In this document: piece after piece, positions 53,276 to 61,753 of the stretch
Layout: each line of letters starts with the position of its first letter
Position numbering within the stretch: position 1 is the first letter of the stretch
From: an uncultured Oscillospiraceae bacterium
GTDB taxonomy: Bacteria; Bacillota; Clostridia; Oscillospirales; Oscillospiraceae
NCBI GenBank assembly: GCA_910584045.1
Contig: CAJTYO010000008.1
Location: 1,838 to 65,837, forward strand
Direction: 5' to 3'
Length of the DNA: 64,000 bases
Program-made: the position numbers and the translations under genes
Notes under the pieces: generated by a model
Databases searched by the model: none
What the model was told of the DNA's origin: nothing
The model's input: the letters and a program-made list of their open reading frames with translations, nothing else

Positions 53276-55836
53276 TGAGGGCGGAAGAACAGACAAGCAG
53301 GCACCTGCTTCTGGCCTCTGTCACAACGGCGTTCAGCGGAATAATCATCCTGATCACCCTGGTTATGTCGTGGGAATTCTGGATGGTTCCGCTGATGATA
53401 ACAGGTTGTTTCTGCGTATGGTTCCTGCATATTGCAAGGCTCGGCTCGGATGTATTTTTTGAATATTTGAGCGCCGGAGTGATGCTGATTGAATTCTTTT
53501 TCTTCGGCGTACATGAAACCAGCCTTTTCGATATACCCGCAATGGCCTGTATCCTGATCCTTGCGCTGTTCATGTTGAATAAAAAACGCATTTTGTATAT
53601 GATCGATGCGTTATATGTGCTGGAGCTAGCGTACCACGGGCTGATCCTCAACACCATTTCCTATCGAATGGAGCCCCGGGAGGTATTCCGCCTGGGGCTC
53701 AGCGTCGTTGTGACCATTGGCGCTACGGCGCTTGCCGTATACTGGATCAACCGGCGAAATGCACAGCGCAAGTGGTATGAGGGCGTTTTTGCGGAGCTGG
53801 AGACAGCGGGAAAGCAGAATGCCGTTTTTCTGTCAAACGTATCTCATGAACTCCGCACACCCATCAATATGGTCATCGGTATCAGCGAGGTGGCTCTCGG
53901 CAAGGAGCTCTCCCCTGAAATCCGGGCGGATATGAGCTCCATAAAGCTTGCGGGAAAACGTCTGTCCAATCAGATTAATAACATGCTGGACTATACGGAG
54001 ATCGTAGAGGGGACGCTCACACCTGCTAAAGAAAACTATATGATTACCTCGGTACTCAACGATGTAATCACGATGACCGCCCTGCAAACCAACCGCCAGC
54101 ACTTGGAGCTGGTGTTTGATATCGATCCAAAGACCCCGGCAGTCCTTATCGGAGACGCGGAGAAAATTTCCCACGTGCTCAAGATTTTGGTAGAAAACTC
54201 CATCAAATTCACGGAAGAGGGCGGCATCAACGTCCGGATCGGATTCCGCCAGGAGCGGTATGGCATCAATTTGATTATCGATATACGCGATACCGGCATT
54301 GGCATGACGGACTCCCAACTGACGCAGATGTACGACGTCTTCTATCAGGCAGATTCCGGCAGCAGCCGCTTTGCGGGCGGGCTGGGACTGGGGCTCCCCA
54401 TTGCGCAGGGCCTTTTAACCGCGATGGGCGGCTTCATCCATTTTGATGTCAAGGGACAGCGGGGCCTTCATGCCCATATCGTAATCCCTCAGGGCGTCAC
54501 GGACGACCGCCCATGCATTGTGCTCAACCACGCAGATCAGCTCTGCATCGCATGCTACTTCCGGCCGGAAAAGTACAGCTGTGACGAGGTCCGGGGTTAT
54601 TACGACGGGCTGATCCTAAATCTGGTGGAGGGCCTTGGCATCCAGGGATACCAGGTACATAATTTCGACGGACTGCTTAAGGTACAGCGCAGCCATGCAC
54701 TGACCCATGTGTTCATCGCCCAGGCGGAATATGAAGAAAACCGGGAGTATTATGAGGAGCTGGCCGGTAAACTTCGGGTTGTTGTGATCGCAGAAAGAGA
54801 ATTTATCCTCAGCAGCACAAGCAGGCTGTTTATAATACATAAACCCTTTTCCGCTCTTTCCGTTGCCAATCTGCTCAACGGCGAGCTTGGCGAACGCGAG
54901 TTCGCGGAAGATCAGGCCGCCGGCCGGAAGCCCTTTACCTGTGTGGGGGTCCGTGCGCTGGCTGTGGATGACGAGGAGATGAATCTTGTGGTCGCCAAGG
55001 GCGTCCTTGGCAGCTATGGGATCGAGGTGGAAACCTGTTTAAGCGGGAGAGAGGCTGTGGCGCGATGCGACAGCTCCCCCTATGACATTATTTTTTTGGA
55101 CCATATGATGCCAGGCTTCGACGGTGTGGAGACGCTGAAAAAAATACGGGAGCTCCAAAACGGAATCTATCAGGATCTTCCGATCATCGCGCTGACCGCA
55201 AATACGGTCAGCGGCGCAAGAGAGATGTTCCGCAGCGAGGGGTTTACCGAATTCGTCCCAAAGCCTATTGAGCGCACTGTCTTGGAGCGGGTTCTGCGCA
55301 AGGTTCTGCCCAAAAGCTGTATTAACTATAGCGTAAAATCCACAGACGTAGAGGCTTCCGAGGAAGATGCCAAACCTTCTCCGGCGGCGGAGGTAGACGA
55401 GTCAGATAGAACGGCAGACCTGGCAGAGTGCGCGAACGCTCCGGAGGCAGCTGACTTACCGGATGCCGCAGCCGGTGAAACCTCGATCCTCCACGGCCGG
55501 CTGGTTCAGGCCGGCGTCAATGTGGAACTCGGACTGGACTATTGCGGAGGCGAAGAGGACTTTTTCCGGGAAATGCTGCGGATGTTCGCAGCTCAAAGCG
55601 AGGACAAGCGGGCAGAACTCGCCGCACTGTATGAAAGCGCCAACTGGGCGGACTACGCCGTCAAAGTCCACGCACTGAAAAGCACCTCGCTGACCATTGG
55701 AGCCGAATCACTTTCCGCGCAGGCAAAGGAGCTTGAGCTGGCCGGGAAACGGGATGATGCGGACTTTATCCGGGCACATCACTCCGCACTGCTGCGCGCA
55801 TATGAAAACCTGTGTGCACAACTTGCCGGAATATAG
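53275..55836 (+). CDS. Hybrid sensor histidine kinase: polytopic TM sensor, HisKA, HATPase, pseudo-receiver, receiver, Hpt
   Basis: H-box SHELRTPIN. N/G boxes (DTGIGM, GGLGLGL). REC with IIFLDHMMPGFDG and KP. C-terminal Hpt KVHALKSTSLTIGA. The start overlaps the receiver-gene stop (TAATG). Confidence 0.9.
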   Translation: MRAEEQTSRHLLLASVTTAFSGIIILITLVMSWEFWMVPLMITGCFCVWFLHIARLGSDVFFEYLSAGVMLIEFFFFGVHETSLFDIPAMACILILALFMLNKKRILYMIDALYVLELAYHGLILNTISYRMEPREVFRLGLSVVVTIGATALAVYWINRRNAQRKWYEGVFAELETAGKQNAVFLSNVSHELRTPINMVIGISEVALGKELSPEIRADMSSIKLAGKRLSNQINNMLDYTEIVEGTLTPAKENYMITSVLNDVITMTALQTNRQHLELVFDIDPKTPAVLIGDAEKISHVLKILVENSIKFTEEGGINVRIGFRQERYGINLIIDIRDTGIGMTDSQLTQMYDVFYQADSGSSRFAGGLGLGLPIAQGLLTAMGGFIHFDVKGQRGLHAHIVIPQGVTDDRPCIVLNHADQLCIACYFRPEKYSCDEVRGYYDGLILNLVEGLGIQGYQVHNFDGLLKVQRSHALTHVFIAQAEYEENREYYEELAGKLRVVVIAEREFILSSTSRLFIIHKPFSALSVANLLNGELGEREFAEDQAAGRKPFTCVGVRALAVDDEEMNLVVAKGVLGSYGIEVETCLSGREAVARCDSSPYDIIFLDHMMPGFDGVETLKKIRELQNGIYQDLPIIALTANTVSGAREMFRSEGFTEFVPKPIERTVLERVLRKVLPKSCINYSVKSTDVEASEEDAKPSPAAEVDESDRTADLAECANAPEAADLPDAAAGETSILHGRLVQAGVNVELGLDYCGGEEDFFREMLRMFAAQSEDKRAELAALYESANWADYAVKVHALKSTSLTIGAESLSAQAKELELAGKRDDADFIRAHHSALLRAYENLCAQLAGI

Positions 55837-55873
55837 CGTCTTCCGGCATCTTTTCAAAAATGAATTCTGAGGA

Positions 55874-58585
55874 GTGGAAGCCTGCGTGATTAAAAAATGG
55901 TTTGAGATCATCACGGATCACCGAATCAGCCTGTATGAGCGTATGTTCCGCATCGTGACAGGCATCTGCATGATCGCACTGATATTTACTCTGCCCATGG
56001 GCCGGAGTATTTTAAATGCCGTACTGCTGATCATAAGCCTTATCGCAATGGCGGTGATCGTGCGATTCAGTATTCGCAAGAGGCGCATCCAAATGGGTGC
56101 AACAGCCATCGCGGTACTGTTGCTGTCGCTGTTTCCCATTACCTTTTTTTCCGCAGGCGGATTTTACAGCGGCGTACCGGAGTGGTTCGTCCTCTGCTTC
56201 ATCTATGTCTGCATCACACTGCAGGGAAAGCGCAGGACCGTGTTTTTCGGACTGTGCACAGCGGAGACACTGCTTTGCTATGGCATCGCCTTCTATTTTC
56301 CAAACCTGGCTGTACTGAATCCCCACAACAACTCCTTCTTTGACTCCGCCTTTTCAATGATTATGGTAGGGCTTCTCACCAGTGTGCTGCTCATGTTCCT
56401 CAACCGAATGTATGAGGAGGAAAACGCCCTCTCCCAGCGGCAGAAAAAGGAAATTGAGGAGCTGAACCGGGCGGAAAATCACTTCTTTTCCAGCATGAGC
56501 CACGAGATCCGCACACCGATCAATACGATCATCGGGCTCAATGAGCTCATCCTGCGGGAGGCCATTTCAGAGGAAGTAGCGGAAAACGCCAGGAATATTC
56601 AGGGCGCCAGCAAGCTGTTGCTGACGCTGATAAACGACACGCTGGACCTGTCCAAGATCAAATCCGGGAAGATGGAGATCGTCAATATCTCGTACGAAAC
56701 TGGCGCGCTCTTTTCTGAAATTGTCAATATGATTTGGATCAAGGCCAAGGAAAAGGGTCTGGAATTCAAGCTGCAAGTGGACCCGTCTATTCCGAGTATG
56801 CTCTGTGGAGACGAGGTGCGCATCAAGCAGATTTTAATTAACCTGTTGAATAACGCGGTGAAATATACCAGCGAGGGCTCCGTCACCCTTTCCGTTCGCT
56901 GCGAGCGTCAGGCTGTCAACCGGGTACGCGTCTGGTACTCTGTTGAAGATACCGGTCAGGGTGTGAAAAAAGAAAATATTCCCTATATTTTTAACGCATT
57001 CCGGCGGGTTGATGAGGAGAAGAACCGGTATATCGAGGGGACCGGCCTTGGATTAAGCATCGTCCAGCAGCTTGTGGATCTGATGGGCGGCGAAATCAGC
57101 GTGAACAGCGTGTACACAAAGGGATCAAAATTCATTGTCATGCTGGAACAGGACATCATTGACGATAAAGAGCTGGGGACGTTTACGCTTGCCTCCCGCG
57201 CGAAGGCTCATGAGGGCGAAGCGTACCGCCAGAGCTTTGAGGCGCCGGACGCCCACATCCTCGTAGTAGATGACAACGATATGAACCTGATGGTGGTCAG
57301 CAAACTGCTGGCGGAGACAAAGATCCAGATCGATATGGCCTCCAGCGCCGCCGAATGCCTGAAGCTGACACAGAACCACCTCTACGACTGTATTCTTATG
57401 GACCACATGATGCCGGAGATGGACGGGATCGAGTGTCTCCACGCGCTGCGGGCACAGCCGGGCGGCTTGTGTCAGAACGTCCCTGTTGTCGCCCTTACCG
57501 CCAATGCGGGCAGCGACAACCAGCTTCTTTACCGCAAGGAGGGCTTCAGCGGCTATCTGGCAAAGCCGGTCAGCGGCGCTCTTCTGGAGGCGGCCGTTCT
57601 GAGCATTCTTCCTAAAGAGCTGGTAAAGATTAACGATGATGTTCAGCAGTCGGACATTGATAAGGACATTTTGATCTTTGAGCAGGTTAAAAGGCGGACT
57701 ATCCTAATCACAACAGACAGCGTATGCGACCTTCCGGAATCTCTCAGGAAGGAATTCAGTATTTCCGTGTGTCCCTATTATGTCTGTACGGATGAGGGAC
57801 GGTTTCTGGATGGTCAGGAGCTGAAAACTGACGAACTACTGATGCATATCGCCGGAGGACGGAAAGGATATTCACAGCCTCCCGAGGTGGAGGACTACGA
57901 GAGATTCTTTGCGGAGAAACTGACAGAGGCACAGAATGTTATCCACATATCAATGGCCAGGCACGTCAGCGAAGGCTATCAGAATGCTGTCGAGGCGGCA
58001 AAATCCTTTGAAAACGTTACCGTGATTGATTCCGGGCATCTATCCAGCAGTATGGGACTGACGGTACTGTGCGCCGCCTATATGGCGGAGCATCACGCCG
58101 CAAAGGCGGAAATTGTGGAGTCTGTGAAACGGATGGAACGCTTCATCTCCTCCGCATTTATCATAAACACCACCCATATGATGTGTCAGGCCGGCAGGAT
58201 ATCGAAACGCATTCAAATTCTCTGCGACGCACTGCTGCTCCATCCGGTCCTTGTACTGAAAAAGAGCAGGATGGTGGTCGGCAGTATGGAGATGGGTAAC
58301 TTCTCGCATGTTGCGAAGAAATATGTGAGGAAAACCTTTCAGGATACGAGAAATATTGACCGCCGCATCCTGTTTATCACCTATTCCGGCATGGATGAAA
58401 AAAAACTCCAGTATATCCAGAATTTGGTGAAGCAGTACTGTTCGTTTGAACGGGTTTATCTGCAGCAAGCGTCCTCCGCTATCGCGAGCAACTGCGGTCC
58501 GGGATCCTTCGGCTTACTTTTCATGCGGCGGGATGACGCTGCGCTCTCATTCTTCCAGATACAGGATCAGGATGGCGCTGCGTAA
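55874..58585 (+). CDS. Hybrid sensor histidine kinase: polytopic TM sensor, HisKA, HATPase, receiver, C-terminal DegV-family domain
   Basis: H-box SHEIRTPIN. DTGQGV, GTGLGLSI. REC ILVVDDNDMN...ILMDHMMPEMDG...AKP. About 290 aa DegV-like follow (ILITTDSVCDLP, YSQPP, IHISMARHVSEGYQNA, VIDSGHLSSSMG, CGPGSFGLLF). The exact start (GTG at 55874 or 55886) is uncertain. Confidence 0.85.
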   Translation: MEACVIKKWFEIITDHRISLYERMFRIVTGICMIALIFTLPMGRSILNAVLLIISLIAMAVIVRFSIRKRRIQMGATAIAVLLLSLFPITFFSAGGFYSGVPEWFVLCFIYVCITLQGKRRTVFFGLCTAETLLCYGIAFYFPNLAVLNPHNNSFFDSAFSMIMVGLLTSVLLMFLNRMYEEENALSQRQKKEIEELNRAENHFFSSMSHEIRTPINTIIGLNELILREAISEEVAENARNIQGASKLLLTLINDTLDLSKIKSGKMEIVNISYETGALFSEIVNMIWIKAKEKGLEFKLQVDPSIPSMLCGDEVRIKQILINLLNNAVKYTSEGSVTLSVRCERQAVNRVRVWYSVEDTGQGVKKENIPYIFNAFRRVDEEKNRYIEGTGLGLSIVQQLVDLMGGEISVNSVYTKGSKFIVMLEQDIIDDKELGTFTLASRAKAHEGEAYRQSFEAPDAHILVVDDNDMNLMVVSKLLAETKIQIDMASSAAECLKLTQNHLYDCILMDHMMPEMDGIECLHALRAQPGGLCQNVPVVALTANAGSDNQLLYRKEGFSGYLAKPVSGALLEAAVLSILPKELVKINDDVQQSDIDKDILIFEQVKRRTILITTDSVCDLPESLRKEFSISVCPYYVCTDEGRFLDGQELKTDELLMHIAGGRKGYSQPPEVEDYERFFAEKLTEAQNVIHISMARHVSEGYQNAVEAAKSFENVTVIDSGHLSSSMGLTVLCAAYMAEHHAAKAEIVESVKRMERFISSAFIINTTHMMCQAGRISKRIQILCDALLLHPVLVLKKSRMVVGSMEMGNFSHVAKKYVRKTFQDTRNIDRRILFITYSGMDEKKLQYIQNLVKQYCSFERVYLQQASSAIASNCGPGSFGLLFMRRDDAALSFFQIQDQDGAA

Positions 58586-58609
58586 GATAGTCCCTATCGC
58601 CTCAGCGCC

Positions 58610-58638
58610 TTGCCATCAGGAAAAAAATCTGCTATACT
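58610..58638 (+). promoter_or_regulatory. Promoter of the TSCPD-family gene
   Basis: TTGCCA (58610-58615), 17 nt spacer, TATACT (58633-58638) with an extended -10 TG (58630-58631). Confidence 0.6.
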
Positions 58639-58671
58639 AAGAGCAGAAAACTAAAAAAGGAGAATAACAGC

Positions 58672-58929
58672 ATGACTTACACCTATTCCCCCACCGGTGT
58701 CTGCTCCTCCAGAATCGACCTGGAACTGGAGGACGGCGTGATTCGATCCGTGGTCTTCACTGGCGGCTGCAACGGTAATTTAAAGGGTATTTGCAGCCTG
58801 GTGAAAGACATGCCAGCTAAGGAGGCTATCAGCAAGCTCCAGGGCATCCAGTGCGGCTGGAAGCCCACCAGCTGTCCCGACCAGCTGTCCAAAGCCCTCA
58901 CCGAGGCTTTGCAGGTAGAGGGAAAATAA
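58672..58929 (+). CDS. TSCPD-domain small protein (TIGR03905-like)
   Basis: 85 aa. C...I.L.L.DG.I..V.F.GGCNGN..GI..L..G......I..L.GI.CG.K.TSCPDQL. Confidence 0.8.
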   Translation: MTYTYSPTGVCSSRIDLELEDGVIRSVVFTGGCNGNLKGICSLVKDMPAKEAISKLQGIQCGWKPTSCPDQLSKALTEALQVEGK

Positions 58930-59137
58930 AGCATCTGCCAGCCCCCGGAAGGCTCTGACGCCCTCCGGGGGCGGCAGTATTTTCCATTCATGCCTGCGGC
59001 CTCTGCTAGAGACTTCATGGTCAACAAGCATTGTATGAAACGCGCCATCAAGGCACAGGCTTGATATTTGATAAATCGACAACAGCGCTTTTTCAAGTTC
59101 GCACACTATACAATGTCTGCCCAAAGGAGATGAAACA

Positions 59138-59857
59138 ATGCTCGATACGATCCTTTTCGATCTGGACGGTACGCTGGCCCCTTTCCTACAGGACGATTTC
59201 ATCCGCGCCTACTTCGATCTGCTGGTTCGGCGGCTGACCCCCATGGGCTGCGACGGCGGTAAGCTGGTCAAGGCCCTTTGGAAGGGCGTAGACGCCATGA
59301 TCGCCAATGACGGCTCTCTCACCAACCGGCAAACCTTTTGGTCCGTATTCACCGGAGAACTGGGCGCGCAAGCCATGGCTCTGGAGAGTATTCTGAATGA
59401 CTTCTATACCCGTGAGTTCGACGCGGTCCGCTCCGTCCTGCGCTGGGATACGGACCGCAGCCATCTGCTCCGCAACCTGAGGGAAAAGGGGTACGGGCTG
59501 GTACTGGCCACCAACCCCATCTTTCCCGCCGCAGCCGTGGAGACCCGGCTGGGCTGGGTGGGGCTGTCCTCCTCCGATTTTGACTATGTCACCACCTACG
59601 AGAACAGCCGCCGGAGCAAACCCAATCCCGACTACTACCGGGATGTCCTCTCTCATATCGAGAAACAGGGGGAGAGCTGCCTGATGATCGGCAACAACCC
59701 TGTGGACGATATGGCCGCCGCAGAGGCGGGGCTGGCGGTGTTCCTGGTCACCGACTGCCTGGAAAATCCCGACGGACTGTCTGTAGACGGCTATCCCCAC
59801 GGCACCTTTCAGAACCTGGAGGCAGCACTGCGGCAGCTGCCCTCTGTCAAATGTTAA
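59138..59857 (+). CDS. HAD-superfamily hydrolase
   Basis: Motif I ILFDLDGTL. Later LATNP, KPNPDYY and IGNNPVDDM. Confidence 0.85.
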   Translation: MLDTILFDLDGTLAPFLQDDFIRAYFDLLVRRLTPMGCDGGKLVKALWKGVDAMIANDGSLTNRQTFWSVFTGELGAQAMALESILNDFYTREFDAVRSVLRWDTDRSHLLRNLREKGYGLVLATNPIFPAAAVETRLGWVGLSSSDFDYVTTYENSRRSKPNPDYYRDVLSHIEKQGESCLMIGNNPVDDMAAAEAGLAVFLVTDCLENPDGLSVDGYPHGTFQNLEAALRQLPSVKC

Positions 59858-59858
59858 A

Positions 59859-59912
59859 AAAGCGCCCCACAGGCGGACAACGATGCATCTCCCGTCCGTC
59901 CCGGGGCGCTTT
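59859..59912 (+). terminator. Long-loop GC hairpin after the HAD gene
   Basis: 10-bp outer stem aaagcgcccc / ggggcgcttt, plus inner cggac/gtccg pairing. Weak T-tract. Confidence 0.4.
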
Positions 59913-59964
59913 CCCGCCCCCTCTTCGGAGAATTTTATAATTTCATTAAGATATAAAATACTTC

Positions 59965-59993
59965 TTGACAAGATGTACTATTCATTGTATAGT
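59965..59993 (+). promoter_or_regulatory. Promoter of the PadR operon with an inverted repeat in the spacer
   Basis: TTGACA (59965-59970), 17 nt spacer, TATAGT (59988-59993). IR TACTAT-n7-ATAGTA spans the spacer and -10. Confidence 0.55.
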
Positions 59994-60010
59994 ATTGTGT
60001 GAAAGGGGGC

Positions 60011-60355
60011 ATGGCAGTGATTGATCCACAATTAAAGCGGGGACTACTGGATGTGTGCGTGCTCTCCGTGCTGCGGCGGGAGGACTCCTATGGCTATCAG
60101 ATCATCAAGGACCTCTCCGGCTGCATCGAGATCTCCGAATCCACCCTCTACCCCATCCTGCGGCGGCTGGAGAGCGGCGGGTGTCTGACCGTCTACTCCG
60201 TGGAGCACAGCGGCAGACTGCGGAAGTTTTATCGGATCACCCCCGAGGGGGTCGGGGTGATCGACCAGTTTCTGAACAGCTGGCCGGAGATCCAGCGGGT
60301 ATATGATTTAATAAAGGAGTGTGCCGAAGATGACGCGCGTACAATTTCTGAATGA
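60011..60355 (+). CDS. PadR family transcriptional regulator
   Basis: KRGLLDVCVLSVLRREDSYGYQIIKDL......SESTLYPILRRLE..G.L......SGR.RK.Y.IT..G. The start is ATG at 60011 or GTG at 60017. Confidence 0.85.
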   Translation: MAVIDPQLKRGLLDVCVLSVLRREDSYGYQIIKDLSGCIEISESTLYPILRRLESGGCLTVYSVEHSGRLRKFYRITPEGVGVIDQFLNSWPEIQRVYDLIKECAEDDARTISE

Positions 60356-61655
60356 TTTATACCACCACCTGCACGGGATGACCCCGGAACAGGCGGAGCA
60401 GCATCTGACCTACTACGCCGAGATGCTGGCCGACCGCATGGAGGAGGGCATGAGCGAGGAAGAGGCCGTGGCCGGGATGGAGGATGTGGAAACCATCGCC
60501 CGACGCATCCTAGAGGAGGAGGGCCTTGCCTACATCCCCCCGGAGGATCGGCCGGTAACGCCGCCGGCCTACCCGGATGTGACCCGCCTAGGCAGCGGAG
60601 GAGGAGACAGCAGCGGTGGTGGCAGCGGCCTCCGGTTCCCGCACAGATGGCACAGGCCTGTTCAGATTGCCCTGTCGGCGGCGGCCGCCGCCGCGATCTG
60701 CATAGTCCTGTTCGCCCGAATCAACGATAGGCCCGCCCCGTCCCGGGAGACGCCCCCCGACCTGACCGACAATGTGGTGGAGGAGGTGTACCCGGAGGAG
60801 TACGATTTGAGCGCCCCCTATGACGAAGGGTTCGAGTACCCCGGCTTCTCCGGGGAGTACCCCGCCTCCGATTACAACCGGCTGGACATCCAGTGGGCCT
60901 CCGGCGTGGTGTATGTCCAGAGCTGCTCAGGCGACGCTATCCGTATCGAGGAGTATGGCCAGTCCGATCTCAGCAACCGCACCCAGCTGGAGTGTCAGGA
61001 GGGGGACGGTGCTCTGACCATCCGCTACCGGGCGGGGACCGGCCTGGGCAATGTGAAGGGCGGAAAGTGGCTGACGGTGCTGGTGCCCGACGGCCTGTTG
61101 GAGGAACTGACGGTGGCAACCACTTCCGCCGCTGTATGTCTGAACGGCCTGGAGATGGGCAAGGTGCAGGTCTCCACCACCAGCGGGGACATTATCCCCT
61201 CCTACTGCTTCGCCCGGCGGGCAGAGCTGTCCTCTGTCAGCGCAGACATACATCTCTCCGGCCTCTATGCGGAGGAACTGAACATCTCTTCCGTCAGCGG
61301 GGATATCAGCGGAGATATGTATCAAACCCTCCGTGCCTCCGTGAGCACCACATCCAGCGACATATTCCTCTCCACAGCAGACAGCATAGAAAACCTGGCG
61401 CTGCACACCGTCAGCGGAGACATTTACGCCTATGTGGAGAATACCTCCGCCAAGCAAATCGATGTCGGCAGTACCAGCGGAGACGTGTCCCTGAGCCTGC
61501 CCTATGACTTGGGCTTTTCGCTGGACTTCAGCACCGTATCCGGCAGCCGGGACATCAGCTACGATATGGTTCTCCAGGACGGCAGGGAACTCTACAACGG
61601 AGGTGGATGCGAGATCAAGGTGGAGACCATCAGCGGCGGGCTGTCCATCTATTGA
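60330..61655 (+). CDS. DUF1700 (HAAS)-TM-DUF4097 membrane protein
   Basis: N-terminal F...L...L......E.....YY.E...D...EG.SEEE....... (DUF1700), a Gly/Ser linker and one TM. The C-terminus carries repeated S.SGDI/TVSGDI beta-strand repeats (DUF4097). Overlaps the PadR gene by 26 nt. Confidence 0.8.
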   Translation: MTRVQFLNDLYHHLHGMTPEQAEQHLTYYAEMLADRMEEGMSEEEAVAGMEDVETIARRILEEEGLAYIPPEDRPVTPPAYPDVTRLGSGGGDSSGGGSGLRFPHRWHRPVQIALSAAAAAAICIVLFARINDRPAPSRETPPDLTDNVVEEVYPEEYDLSAPYDEGFEYPGFSGEYPASDYNRLDIQWASGVVYVQSCSGDAIRIEEYGQSDLSNRTQLECQEGDGALTIRYRAGTGLGNVKGGKWLTVLVPDGLLEELTVATTSAAVCLNGLEMGKVQVSTTSGDIIPSYCFARRAELSSVSADIHLSGLYAEELNISSVSGDISGDMYQTLRASVSTTSSDIFLSTADSIENLALHTVSGDIYAYVENTSAKQIDVGSTSGDVSLSLPYDLGFSLDFSTVSGSRDISYDMVLQDGRELYNGGGCEIKVETISGGLSIY

Positions 61656-61676
61656 CCGCAGGTATGCACAGTAAAT

Positions 61677-61715
61677 CCCGGGCATATGTCGGCAGACGCT
61701 TGACATATGCCCGGG
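61677..61715. terminator. Perfect 14-bp inverted repeat between the DUF4097 gene and crp (terminator and/or operator)
   Basis: cccgggcatatgtc (61677-61690), 11 nt, gacatatgcccggg (61702-61715). No T-tract. The right arm overlaps a -35-like TTGACA. Confidence 0.45.
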
Positions 61716-61728
61716 AAACTTATATAAA
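61700..61728 (+). promoter_or_regulatory. Candidate promoter of the Crp/Fnr gene
   Basis: TTGACA (61700-61705), 17 nt spacer, TATAAA (61723-61728). Confidence 0.45.
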
Positions 61729-61753
61729 TATAGATGTGAAAGGGGTGTATCGT

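Noticed and set aside
51584-53296. 570-aa ORF on the minus strand
   Set aside because: It is antisense to the GH51 arabinofuranosidase, the Cys-rich ORF and the receiver gene. No domain pattern is visible. Shadow ORF.
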